DNA of 64,000 bases from a virus (Duplodnaviria; Caudoviricetes), in the IMG/VR virus record IMGVR_UViG_3300032244_000223, positions 43,197-107,196 of that record; one strand, given 5' to 3'. Shown in pieces: positions 47,830 to 57,453 of the stretch. The position numbers and the translations under genes were made by a program. The first letter of the stretch is position 1. Each line of letters starts with the position of its first letter. The notes beneath the pieces were generated by a model. It did not search any database. It was not told the origin of the DNA and saw nothing but the letters and a program-made list of their open reading frames with translations.

Positions 47830-50800
47830 CAGCGGTTCCTCACCAGACGCTTGTTCATCTCTTCCTCCAGGCGGTCAGCCAGAATCGGCACCACACGGGA
47901 TACATCCAGCCCGTTGGTCCCCTGGGTGGGGATGTTGAAGTTGTTGTTGAAGTGCAGGGTGATGTTGCGGCCACCGCCACCCCCGCCCCCGCTGTAGCCG
48001 TAGTCACCGAGGTCACCCACGTACCCGGCTTCCTTGGCGACCGAGTACACGGTGGGCACCCAGTCTTCGGCACCGCCGTGCAGCGGGGCGTCACCACGGT
48101 AGGGACCCCAGGCGAAGAACGGCTGCTTGCTCTGGTCGAACAGGTACCTCGCCGCCTTGGCGTTGACCATGGGGTCCTTCAACTGGTCCTTGCTGGTCAG
48201 CCCCAGCGGACCCTTCATGTTCTCCCACATGCCGTTGAGGGTGTTGATCTGCCACAGGCCGTAGGAGTTGTCCCCCGTGCCCAGGTTGCCGTTGTACGCC
48301 TCGGGACGGAAGTTCGACTCACGGCCAGCCAGGGACACGATGGTGACCAGTTCGTCGCCCGAGAACCCTGCGGACATGGCGGCTTGCAGGGCGACACCCA
48401 TGCGCTGCTTCGTGGCGGCGTCCACGGCCTTGCCGGTGACGTTCGTCTTACCGCCTGCGTACTTCTGGAGAATGCGCTGCACGCTGGCCGGGGAGACGCT
48501 GCCCGCACCGCCCGCACCCGGCATGCCGCCGCCCATAGTGGGCGAGGTGTACCCGACCCCTGTCCTGCCCCCGGTGCCGGAGAAGGAGTTGGACAGGTTG
48601 ATGTCGGAGGGAAGCCCAGCGGCGAAGGCGGTGTCGTACTGGGTGGTGAAGGAGTCGTCCCCGCCGCCCTTGGCGAGAATCTGGCTCAGTTCATCACCGA
48701 ACATCATGCTCATGTACTGGGTGGACTTGGTGGCCACCGAGTTGGGGCCGAGGCCCGACATGTTGAGGATGCCGGGGGTGCCCTGGGAGTCGGTCCCGAC
48801 CATGCTCTTGACCTTGTCGAAGGCGTTGAACAGGCCACCCAGCATCTTGCCGATCATCTTGATGCCGTCCCATGCGCCAGTGGCGGCGTCCCAGATACCG
48901 GCAATGGCGTCACCTGCGGCACCGACGAGCGGGATACCGGACCACCATCCGCCCACGTCGGGGCCGGTGTCCCCGATGTCACCCATCCCCTTACGGCGGT
49001 TTGGACGCACGAAGCCACCAACGGTCCCAGCGTTCTGCACGTGCCACGGCTCACCGTGACGACCGCCAGTCTCCAGGCCGAACTTGTGGGCGTTCTTGGC
49101 GATCCAGCCGTACTCCGAACGAGGGCCGAGGTCAGCAGCCCATCCTGCCGAGTGCTGGCTGTGGCCGTTCACACCGATGCTGCCGATGTCCCCGATGAAG
49201 GGGCTACCCGAACCGAAGTGGCCGATGCCCTTCTTCTGCAACTTGGCCTGGGTGTAGCCGTCACGGAGGCCCGAAGTGACCTTGAGGCGGGGGTTGGCCC
49301 GCATCATCGCTTCGACCTTCTTCCGAACGTCGGGGTTCAGGCCAGCGGTGCTGGTGCCCCCGAAGGAGCCGTAGTCACCGATGTCGCCCGCCGCACCGGA
49401 ACTGCCAGCGGCCATCGTTGCCGTAGCACCTGCCACGGACCCCCAGCCGATGCCGCCGCCGATGATCTGGCCGAGGGGACCAGCGGACTCCATCATGTTC
49501 CAGAGGAAGTTCTCCACCTCGTCGGGCGCGTACTGCATGAAGCCGAGGGGACCCTTGGCCATGGCGGGGACGAGGCGGTTGACGGCTGCGCCCATCGTCT
49601 GGTTGAACCACTGGTTCGACCGCTCACGGGTGGCGTACTGGCCCTGCATCTTCCCCGCCAGACCGAACTCGTTGCGGGTCAGGGCGGTGGCTGCGGATGC
49701 CTTGCGCCACGCCTGGTTCGACCCCAACTTCTTGTCCATGTCAGCGAAGATGTCGGTCTGGCCGGTGCCTGCCTGGGCGAGTGCCCACGACCACCAGTAG
49801 TCCCGCATCTCAGGGGAGACACCAGCGGTGTCGAACCAGGCGTTGATGTTGCTGCCAGGGAAGTTCTGCGCCAGCAGGTCGCCGTATTCGAAGTTCTGCC
49901 CACGGAACTTGCCGGGACGCTGGTTCTTCAACCAGTTGTAGATGCCCTGCGCCCACTCGGACGCCGACTTCATGCCGCCACCGGTCTTGAGCAGGGAGAA
50001 GGACCCGCCTGTGTAGAACGCCGCTGCCTGGTTGCCACGGGTGTTCTGCAACTGCGAGCCGACGATGTTGGCGACCTTGCCAGCACCGAGGCCAGGGGTG
50101 ATCTGCTGGAACTGGCCGACCATGTTGTAGAACTGATCGGCCCTCGCCTGACCAGGGTTACCGCCCAACGAGGCCATCGCACCGCTCAGGCGACCGGAGG
50201 TCATGGCAGAAAGGATGTCGTTGACATCGCCCTTCATGTTGCCGGGGATGTTCTTGAGGGCACCCATGATCGACCCGATACCGGCGTTACCGCCGCCCTG
50301 CCACTGGTAGGGCGTCAACTCCTGCGACATCGCCAGCGAGGACACTCGGTTGGTCTGGATGCGCTCGCGCATGAAGCGGAGCGGGGCCATCGCCGTATCA
50401 CCAGCCAGGTCCAAGATGCCCTTGGCGACACCACCGAGGATCGGGATGCTGCCGATGGAGTCGGTAATGCCCCTCACGGCACCACCCATGGCCCCACCGA
50501 TGGAAGAACCCATGTCCGCCATGGTCGATCCGCCGACCGAGGCGTTGTTGCTGGCACCTGCCGACCGGGACAGGTTGGTGGCGAAAGCGGCGTTTGAAGA
50601 GGTGCTGGGGGCAAACCCACCCCAGCCTCCCCCACCACCGCCACCGGCCATGCCGACACGACCACCGCCGCCGCCGCCACCGCCGACACCCCGTGCGGCA
50701 CCGGAGAGGCCCTGGAGGTTCTGAGTGGCGACCTGGGCGGTACGGCTGATCTGCGACAGCATGTTGACCATGCCGCCGCCAGCGAAGCCGGAGGACACGC

Positions 50801-50996
50801 TCTGCACGGTCTGCTTGAAGCCCTGGATGGCCTGGGACAGTGCGTGGAACTTCTTGGTCGACTCGTCCAGGCCGGGGAACTCGAAAGCGAAGGAGGCGTT
50901 CCCCGGCTTCACCACGTTGGCCTTGCCCGACTTGCCGCCACGGACGGACGACGACGAGAAGGCACCAGCCCCTGCGGCATCAGGCTCCAAGGCCAT
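47829..50996 (-). CDS. tape measure protein with M15-type peptidase and lytic transglycosylase domains
   Basis: Position after the chaperone; SGLR...SQHSAGWAAD...EPWH; RESNF...SYGLWQIN. Confidence 0.85.
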   Translation of the reverse strand: MALEPDAAGAGAFSSSSVRGGKSGKANVVKPGNASFAFEFPGLDESTKKFHALSQAIQGFKQTVQSVSSGFAGGGMVNMLSQISRTAQVATQNLQGLSGAARGVGGGGGGGGRVGMAGGGGGGGWGGFAPSTSSNAAFATNLSRSAGASNNASVGGSTMADMGSSIGGAMGGAVRGITDSIGSIPILGGVAKGILDLAGDTAMAPLRFMRERIQTNRVSSLAMSQELTPYQWQGGGNAGIGSIMGALKNIPGNMKGDVNDILSAMTSGRLSGAMASLGGNPGQARADQFYNMVGQFQQITPGLGAGKVANIVGSQLQNTRGNQAAAFYTGGSFSLLKTGGGMKSASEWAQGIYNWLKNQRPGKFRGQNFEYGDLLAQNFPGSNINAWFDTAGVSPEMRDYWWSWALAQAGTGQTDIFADMDKKLGSNQAWRKASAATALTRNEFGLAGKMQGQYATRERSNQWFNQTMGAAVNRLVPAMAKGPLGFMQYAPDEVENFLWNMMESAGPLGQIIGGGIGWGSVAGATATMAAGSSGAAGDIGDYGSFGGTSTAGLNPDVRKKVEAMMRANPRLKVTSGLRDGYTQAKLQKKGIGHFGSGSPFIGDIGSIGVNGHSQHSAGWAADLGPRSEYGWIAKNAHKFGLETGGRHGEPWHVQNAGTVGGFVRPNRRKGMGDIGDTGPDVGGWWSGIPLVGAAGDAIAGIWDAATGAWDGIKMIGKMLGGLFNAFDKVKSMVGTDSQGTPGILNMSGLGPNSVATKSTQYMSMMFGDELSQILAKGGGDDSFTTQYDTAFAAGLPSDINLSNSFSGTGGRTGVGYTSPTMGGGMPGAGGAGSVSPASVQRILQKYAGGKTNVTGKAVDAATKQRMGVALQAAMSAGFSGDELVTIVSLAGRESNFRPEAYNGNLGTGDNSYGLWQINTLNGMWENMKGPLGLTSKDQLKDPMVNAKAARYLFDQSKQPFFAWGPYRGDAPLHGGAEDWVPTVYSVAKEAGYVGDLGDYGYSGGGGGGGRNITLHFNNNFNIPTQGTNGLDVSRVVPILADRLEEEMNKRLVRNR

Positions 50997-51135
50997 TCCG
51001 TTCCCTCCTCCAGGCGATCAAGCGTTTCCAGTACTGCCGCTCCCGGTACGAGAGCGTCTTCAATTCGTTGAGGCCCCACCCCGAGTACGTCATGGCGAGC
51101 ATGTCGTACTCCAGGTAGAGGGTCTGTAGGTCAGG
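50980..51135 (-). CDS. tail assembly chaperone, frameshift extension
   Basis: +1 frame PDLQTLYLEYDML...GW.L.E...LSYRER.YW begins at the CCC TGA site. Confidence 0.7.
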   Translation of the reverse strand, partial: PDLQTLYLEYDMLAMTYSGWGLNELKTLSYRERQYWKRLIAWRRERNGLGA

Positions 51136-51976
51136 GACGAAACAAGTCCCCCCACCCGAGGGCGAGGATGATTTCACCCCCGCAGCCCAGACAGCGCATC
51201 TGCACCGAGAGGTCGATGTCGGGCTGCTTGTCCACCATCGCCTGGAGCAACGCCGTGCGGTCCTTCATGCCCATCCCTCGGGCGAAGCCCATCGGGTTGA
51301 CGACGAAGGTGCCGTTCACCAGGGTGATGCACCGGCTCAGGATGAGGGTGTTCTGTTCTGCGGTGGTCGCACCCTTGCGCTTGAGTGCTTCCAGTTGGTC
51401 GGCCCCCGTGACGAGGCGGAAGGTGACCTCTTCACCCTTGCTCGTCGTGTAGGTGAACGTCTGCTGGTCCAGCCCCTCCACGGTCTTCGGGATGAAGTCC
51501 TTGGTGAGGACGAGGGTGGCTTCCTGCTCCATGTCGCAGTGGGGGCAGGTGACGTTCAGCACCTTCTCGTTGCCGTAGGTGGCGGCGAGGATGGCGAGCA
51601 GCAACTGCGACCGCTCGCCCACCAGCAGTTCCCGCAGGGCAGCCTGACGCTGCCCGATGGCGAGGCTGGCCAGGTCGACATCTTCGATCTTCACCACCCC
51701 GTGGGCCAGGACGAGGTCGAAGAAGTCGTTGGCCTCCTTGGTACGGGCGAGGGCCTCTTCATCGGCCCCCGTGAGTTCCCGTACCTCGGCTTCCTTCTTC
51801 CACGCCCCGCCCTGGTGCAGTCCACGGGGCAGGTGCACGATGCAATCGGGTGCATCGGGGATGAGCGGTGTTGACCCTGCGATAGCCGCCTTTGCCGCCG
51901 CCAACTTCTCCTGGCGGGTGACATTGGGGTCCAGTTCGTTCTCCAGGTCCGAGAGATTCATCTCTTGGGTCGTCAC
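51131..51976 (-). CDS. tail assembly chaperone (T4 gp26-like fold)
   Basis: VRELTGADEE, CPHC...CLGC, ending DLFRP; lies between tube and tape measure. Confidence 0.8.
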   Translation of the reverse strand: MTTQEMNLSDLENELDPNVTRQEKLAAAKAAIAGSTPLIPDAPDCIVHLPRGLHQGGAWKKEAEVRELTGADEEALARTKEANDFFDLVLAHGVVKIEDVDLASLAIGQRQAALRELLVGERSQLLLAILAATYGNEKVLNVTCPHCDMEQEATLVLTKDFIPKTVEGLDQQTFTYTTSKGEEVTFRLVTGADQLEALKRKGATTAEQNTLILSRCITLVNGTFVVNPMGFARGMGMKDRTALLQAMVDKQPDIDLSVQMRCLGCGGEIILALGWGDLFRP

Positions 51977-52008
51977 GTTGTGTACTCCGTTTCAGTGGGT
52001 TGTTGTGG

Positions 52009-52638
52009 TTAGAACCGGCGGGAGAGACTGCCGCCGCCACCACTGCTGGTGGTGTGGTCCAGACGCTTCGCTTCCTCGTTGCCGAAGAACACGTCGAACC
52101 CCTCGTGGTGCACCGTCATCTGGTGCACGAGGATGGCGTTGTCCATGGCGTTGAGGCCGTTGAAGCCGATGCTGGCGGTCCAGCAGTTGTAGAAGACGAA
52201 GGCCAGGATGGCCCCGTCGTGGGGTGCGCTCTTGCTGCTGCCGGAGGCGGAACCGTGGGTCACCGGGTGGTCGAGGATGCGGACCGCCATGTCGTAGCGG
52301 TACTCCTCGCCCATGTCCAGGGTGCCCTGGCCCCACTGCACGGCGAACATCTGCTTGGCGCGGTCCCACATGGCCGTCTTGTCCCAGAACACGCCAGCGT
52401 TCAGCGTGAGCGGGGCGAAGTCGGTCTGGCCCGGCAACTTGTGCGGGTTGGTGTTCCAGCCGCCTTCGCGGTACGGGACCATCTCCGTGTTCATGGCCAG
52501 ACCTTCGACGGTCATGAAGCCCATGGAGGCGATGCCCTGGTCGAAAGCCCCGTTCGGATTGAACAGGTCGACCTGGAACTTGAAGTTGCGAACCGGGTCA
52601 GCGTGCTGACGGGTCCGAGAGTCGATGAGAACGGGCAT
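52009..52638 (-). CDS. tail tube protein (T4 gp19-like)
   Basis: DPVRNFKF, YREGG....HKLPGQT.F..LTL, L.AMDNAI......HHEG. Confidence 0.92.
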   Translation of the reverse strand: MPVLIDSRTRQHADPVRNFKFQVDLFNPNGAFDQGIASMGFMTVEGLAMNTEMVPYREGGWNTNPHKLPGQTDFAPLTLNAGVFWDKTAMWDRAKQMFAVQWGQGTLDMGEEYRYDMAVRILDHPVTHGSASGSSKSAPHDGAILAFVFYNCWTASIGFNGLNAMDNAILVHQMTVHHEGFDVFFGNEEAKRLDHTTSSGGGGSLSRRF

Positions 52639-52652
52639 GGTGATCCTCCAGA

Positions 52653-54320
52653 TCAGTTGGTGGTGGTGACTTCGGTCGTGGTCTGGGTGCGGTCGAACTG
52701 CGACACACGGATCACCACGAACTCGGCGGGATACTCCAGGGCCACGCCGATTTCCATGCGGACCTCGCCAGCGGCGATGACCGAAGGGGTGTTGACGCTG
52801 TCGTCGCAGCGGATGAAGTACGCCTCCGCTGCGCTGGACCCACGCAACCCACCGGCCTCCCACAGGGGACGGAGGATGCGTTCCGCCGACATCCGCAGCG
52901 ACGACCACAGGCGGGCGTCGTTGTTCTCGAACACGGCGAACTGGGTGGAGCGACGCAGCACCTCACGGATGTAGATGAGCGTGCGGCGGGCCGACACGTA
53001 GCGGTCGGCGTTGTACGACTTGCGGGTACGGGCACCCATGACGGCGATACCGGCACCCACCACCGAGCGGATGGCGTTGATGTTGGAGTTGTTCAGCGTG
53101 CCCAACTCGGTGTCGGTGAACTTGGTCTGCACACCGATGACGTTGTTGAGGCCAGCGATGACGCCAGCCGGTGCACGGAACACGCCGATGGTGGCGTCGA
53201 TGCGGGCCATCATGCCCATCACGGCACCACCGGGCGGGATGGCCACGACGGTGGAGGTCTTCACCGGGTCGTTGACCAGCACCCACGGGCCGTAGGAGGC
53301 GCAGTACGAGTCGCCTGCGTTGGCCCCGAGGGCGTTGGTCGACTGCATCGCCGTGAGGTACGACGACGACGACACGCCAGCGAGGCGCGGGGCGCAGTTG
53401 TCGTTGACGATGAACACGTCCTGGCGGTCCGAGAAGTCGGTGCTGGAGCAGGTCGCGCCGACGAAGTCGGTGGCCCAGTCGGTGGTGTTGACGCTGTTCT
53501 GGTCCGAGACGTACCCGGCGATGTTGAGGACGACCGGCCCCTCCACCATCGGGATGGCGGCGATGGCCGAGTCCCGCAGGTCCGAGGAGATGGGCAGGTG
53601 CGGGTCGGCACCAGCGGTCAGCGACACCGGGGACAGGGCCTCGGCGGGGATGATGTCCGTGCGGACGTTGCTGACCTGGATGTAGGTGCTGCCACGCACC
53701 GGGTCGTTGACGGCGTCGGCCAGGAGCGACACGCCCGACACGGTGCCTGCGGCACAGACGTTGAACGTGTCCACGACCTCGGCCACACCGTTGGTGGTGA
53801 GCAGCACCTGGAGCGAGTACACCACGTCTTCGATGGGGGCCACCGAGCCGGTGACGTACACCACTTCTTGGATGCGGAGCGTGTACGACAGGCGGTCGCC
53901 CCACACACCGGCACTCTTGGCGGTGATGGTGAAGGCGTTGCCTGCGGTGGAGCCGTTATTGAACTGGAAGCCGGTGACCACCTTGGTGGAGGCGTCACCG
54001 TCGACCGCCGAGTCGACCGAACGGACGATGTAGGCCGTGCGGCCACCGTTCTGGAGGTACGAGTACACGGCGTACGGCAGGTAGGACTTGGCCCACACGC
54101 CGGTCGTGCCGGTCGGGACCGGGTCGAAGCCGCCGAACTGGGAGACGAAGTCGCCCCAGGTTTCGATGCGGACGGGGTTGGGGACGTTGTTGGGGTTGAC
54201 CGGACCCTTGGGGGCGGCACCCACGAACATGGCGACACTGGTGGCGTTGGAGACATCGCCTGCGCTGTTGAGCAGGCTCTCCTCCAGGTAGACACCGGGG
54301 CGGCGGTACAGAAGCGGCAT
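52653..54320 (-). CDS. contractile tail sheath protein
   Basis: RPGVYLEE, NGG..AYIVR, YGPW, D...GVFRAPAG, GART, FAVFE.N, PAEFV. Confidence 0.96.
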   Translation of the reverse strand: MPLLYRRPGVYLEESLLNSAGDVSNATSVAMFVGAAPKGPVNPNNVPNPVRIETWGDFVSQFGGFDPVPTGTTGVWAKSYLPYAVYSYLQNGGRTAYIVRSVDSAVDGDASTKVVTGFQFNNGSTAGNAFTITAKSAGVWGDRLSYTLRIQEVVYVTGSVAPIEDVVYSLQVLLTTNGVAEVVDTFNVCAAGTVSGVSLLADAVNDPVRGSTYIQVSNVRTDIIPAEALSPVSLTAGADPHLPISSDLRDSAIAAIPMVEGPVVLNIAGYVSDQNSVNTTDWATDFVGATCSSTDFSDRQDVFIVNDNCAPRLAGVSSSSYLTAMQSTNALGANAGDSYCASYGPWVLVNDPVKTSTVVAIPPGGAVMGMMARIDATIGVFRAPAGVIAGLNNVIGVQTKFTDTELGTLNNSNINAIRSVVGAGIAVMGARTRKSYNADRYVSARRTLIYIREVLRRSTQFAVFENNDARLWSSLRMSAERILRPLWEAGGLRGSSAAEAYFIRCDDSVNTPSVIAAGEVRMEIGVALEYPAEFVVIRVSQFDRTQTTTEVTTTN

Positions 54321-54386
54321 TGGGAACTCCCTTGGTAGACGTGGTGACGATGGGGTGAACGAGGGAGTGAGACGAGCCAGACGGCG

Positions 54387-55232
54387 TTACGAAGGGGCTG
54401 CGTTCGCCGCCGAGGCGGTGGCGGTCGCAGTGGAAGGGTTGACGTTGGCGAAGTCGACCACAGCGGTGGCGTACTCGCCGTGCTGCTGGCGAACCTCGGC
54501 GGGAACCGAGTCGGGCAGGCCCAGCACGCTCTCGCCTGCCGGGTCGTTGAGGACGTTGTAGAGGAAGTCGTCCACGTAGTCCCGATCCACGATGGGCATG
54601 TAGACCCGCAGCACCTGCCAGACCTGGCGAATGGTGTCCTGCGGGACCTCGGCCAGCATGCTGACCGTGTAGACCTTGCGGAAGATGCGCTTGTTACCGC
54701 TCTCCGTGGTTTCCATGAGGTCGGCCTGTGCGGAGTCCAGCAGTTCGGTGCGCCGCCACGTGTTGTCGGCGTCGACACCCATCCAGAACGGGCGGGGCGG
54801 GAACACGTCGGTGAAAAATCGACTCATGAGGAACCGGTCGTGCAGCGAGGAGCGGCAGTGCACCGACACCTGATACGTCAGTTTGAACGCCAGGAAGTTG
54901 CGGATGTCCAGGTTCATACCGGGGTCAGCCGAGGGGATGGAGGGACTGACCGACGGCTGGTACGTCGCCGTGTTCACGTGATCGCTGGTCCACAATTCGT
55001 ACGCCGGGGCCACGTTGATGAGGTCGATGGTGATGAACGGGTACTTGATGTTCCGCTCACCCTCGGGGAACCTGAACCAGACGCCGACTTCGACGGCCTT
55101 GTTGGAACCTGGGCGGTCGGGCACGGTCATGCCAGTGAGATACTTATGGAGTGCCTCGTCCTCAGCCAGGATGAACCCGGTGTGGTTGACGAGGTCAGGC
55201 TCGCCCAGGTACGGAGTGCGCTGGCCGGTCAC
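54387..55232 (-). CDS. tail terminator / completion protein
   Basis: ED.AL...L, YPFITIDL, L.YQV; directly upstream of the sheath gene. Confidence 0.65.
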   Translation of the reverse strand: MTGQRTPYLGEPDLVNHTGFILAEDEALHKYLTGMTVPDRPGSNKAVEVGVWFRFPEGERNIKYPFITIDLINVAPAYELWTSDHVNTATYQPSVSPSIPSADPGMNLDIRNFLAFKLTYQVSVHCRSSLHDRFLMSRFFTDVFPPRPFWMGVDADNTWRRTELLDSAQADLMETTESGNKRIFRKVYTVSMLAEVPQDTIRQVWQVLRVYMPIVDRDYVDDFLYNVLNDPAGESVLGLPDSVPAEVRQQHGEYATAVVDFANVNPSTATATASAANAAPS

Positions 55233-55615
55233 ACCTTCACCCCTGGGATGACGATGGGACGACGCGCCTGCATCGCAGTGGTGAAGTGCTCCTGCGCCAG
55301 GAAGGCGATGTGGTCCATGGTGCGGAACAGGGAGTCGGGCGGGTTGGTGAGGTCCCCGTACTCCAGGGCCTCGGCCTGGGAGGCCATCTCGTTGCCGAGG
55401 AAGCCGATGACCAGGCGACCGTCTGCCGACCACTTCTGGATGCTGTCGGCCAGGCCGACCCAGGCAGGCTTGGACCGGGCGTAGTCGATCACGGCGTCGT
55501 GGGTCAGTTCCGCTGCGGATTCGGCGGCGTCCGTGACATCTTGCTGGAGGCCCTCGACGTAGCGGTCGAGCGCATCAAGCCATGACGCTTCGATGCGGAA
55601 GCCTTCGGCCACCAC
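55229..55615 (-). CDS. neck / tail completion protein (putative)
   Basis: AGGAGG SD plus GTG; LEYG...PP...R motif. Confidence 0.55.
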   Translation of the reverse strand: MVAEGFRIEASWLDALDRYVEGLQQDVTDAAESAAELTHDAVIDYARSKPAWVGLADSIQKWSADGRLVIGFLGNEMASQAEALEYGDLTNPPDSLFRTMDHIAFLAQEHFTTAMQARRPIVIPGVKV

Positions 55616-55695
55616 GTTCCTCCTGAGCAGATGTGACACCAGACGCTCGTCCGATGTGGGGCCATCGTACCCCAACCATCCTCAGTGGTGTGTCA

Positions 55696-57453
55696 TTACC
55701 AGGCGGATGCGCCGAATACCGGCTTGACCTCTGCGACTGTGGTGACACGCTGCGTCCCGGTGACACCCCAGGGCTTGTAGAAGAGGGTCACATCCGAGAT
55801 TCGGGCACGCCACGCTGGGGTCGGAGGGGACCCGCCCACCGTCTTGTACACAGCCGGGGACCCTGGGGTACCTGGCAGGGAGAGGATGGCGTCGAACGCC
55901 GACATGGAGATGTGGTGGGGCGACCCATCGGAGTACAGCAGGTACCCGGTGGACGGGTTGATGGAGGGGTCATTGGCCGGGTACGGGGACTTCAAGTACC
56001 GGTAGTACATGGTCTGGTTCGGGGCGACACCGACGATCCAGGGGCGGAACCCCGCAGGCGGGTACACCTTCCTGGTGACGAGCGTCCCATCGGGGTACCG
56101 AGCGAGGACGCCCGACCCGTTCTTGAACTGCATGATCGTGGAGAAGATGCTGCCGCCGTTGTCGACGGTCAGTTCCATGCGGTTGTAGCCGCTGCCCAGC
56201 AGGCTGAACCCAGGCACGGCGGCGACAGCAGGGGACACCAGCACCTGCGTGCCAGCCGAGCCGCCGACCGATCCGATGGCGATGAAGTCCTTGACCGCCA
56301 GGACCAGTTGGTCGATGTCAGCGAACTCCACGTTCAAGGGCAGGGTGTTGATGACCTTGAGGTTCGTGGTGTGGTCGGTGTGACGTGCGGCGTAGTTGTG
56401 CACCAGCAGGGGCGCATACGCCGCTGTGCGGTACCCCGTGGCGGCGATACCCAGGGATGAAGCGGTGGCCGACCCGAGCCACGTGCCGTTCTTGTTGATG
56501 CCCAGGAGCAGGGTGTGCTGAGGCTCCGTCACCACCTGCACTTTCGTGAGCAGCCGCTTCCCGGTGGGCATGGTCAGGCTGATGCCTTCCCAGTAGGTGT
56601 CGATGGCGGCAGCACCGGTACTGGCGTCGTGGTAGTCGGAAATCCACTGCGTGGTGAACGGTGCCAACGGGCCTCCACCCGCTGGCCCGTCATCCGTAAC
56701 CGCCGTTACAGAGTGCGAAGCGTCCAATCGTGACGTATACGACGACGCGACCGGGTGGACCGACTCTTCCTTGGGCAGCCACCCGTACACCGACTGGGTC
56801 ACCACCGTGGCGGCGTGGCCCATGCGGAACTTGAGGATGCTGCTCTTGGTGTTGGCGAACCCGGTGCGGACGCTCTCCACCTGCACGTAGTAGTTCGTGT
56901 CGGGGTGCAGGAAGACGGGCGGCGGCAGCGTGGAGTTCCACGCCAGGGGCGGGGAGGCGTCGAACGAGGCGTAGTTGTCCGCTACCGAGAAGTTGGACCC
57001 CACGAGGCCCACGGGAGGGAGGACATACGACTTCGTGGTGACGAAGGGGACCTCTTTCCGCTGGAGAAGCGATCCGTCCTGCTTGTAGACGGTGACCCAG
57101 TACTTGGTGGGGAGGTGCCCACTGGTGGGGTCGGACCAGGACACGACCAACTTGGAGGTCGGGTCGGTCAGCGTGCGGTTGTAGTTGAAATCGAATGAAC
57201 TGACCACCGGGGCACCGGGAGCGGCCAGCACCTGCTGATACCCGACATTCAGCCAGACCGGGTTCCCCGCCGAGTCAGTCGTACGGACGGACGCCTCGGA
57301 AGGCTCCAAGAAGTCCACCAGGGAGGGACCGCTGGGTACCGCAGTGGTCGTCCGCAGCCATGCTTGGGGGATGGTGGTGACCGACCGGAACTTGAGGCTC
57401 CCGTCTGCGACTTCGACCCAGGCCGACCCGGTGTTGCGGTAGAGGGTGGTCAC
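55696..57453 (-). CDS. virion protein with FN3-like domain
   Basis: P..P.V...L.VSW..P....Y.V...LHPDTNY.VQV. Confidence 0.7.
   Translation of the reverse strand: MTTLYRNTGSAWVEVADGSLKFRSVTTIPQAWLRTTTAVPSGPSLVDFLEPSEASVRTTDSAGNPVWLNVGYQQVLAAPGAPVVSSFDFNYNRTLTDPTSKLVVSWSDPTSGHLPTKYWVTVYKQDGSLLQRKEVPFVTTKSYVLPPVGLVGSNFSVADNYASFDASPPLAWNSTLPPPVFLHPDTNYYVQVESVRTGFANTKSSILKFRMGHAATVVTQSVYGWLPKEESVHPVASSYTSRLDASHSVTAVTDDGPAGGGPLAPFTTQWISDYHDASTGAAAIDTYWEGISLTMPTGKRLLTKVQVVTEPQHTLLLGINKNGTWLGSATASSLGIAATGYRTAAYAPLLVHNYAARHTDHTTNLKVINTLPLNVEFADIDQLVLAVKDFIAIGSVGGSAGTQVLVSPAVAAVPGFSLLGSGYNRMELTVDNGGSIFSTIMQFKNGSGVLARYPDGTLVTRKVYPPAGFRPWIVGVAPNQTMYYRYLKSPYPANDPSINPSTGYLLYSDGSPHHISMSAFDAILSLPGTPGSPAVYKTVGGSPPTPAWRARISDVTLFYKPWGVTGTQRVTTVAEVKPVFGASAW

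Noticed and set aside
36440-55615. Extracellular contractile injection system or tailocin instead of a phage
   Set aside because: Linked to a full replication and recombination module and phage-type accessory genes, with no host genes in the window
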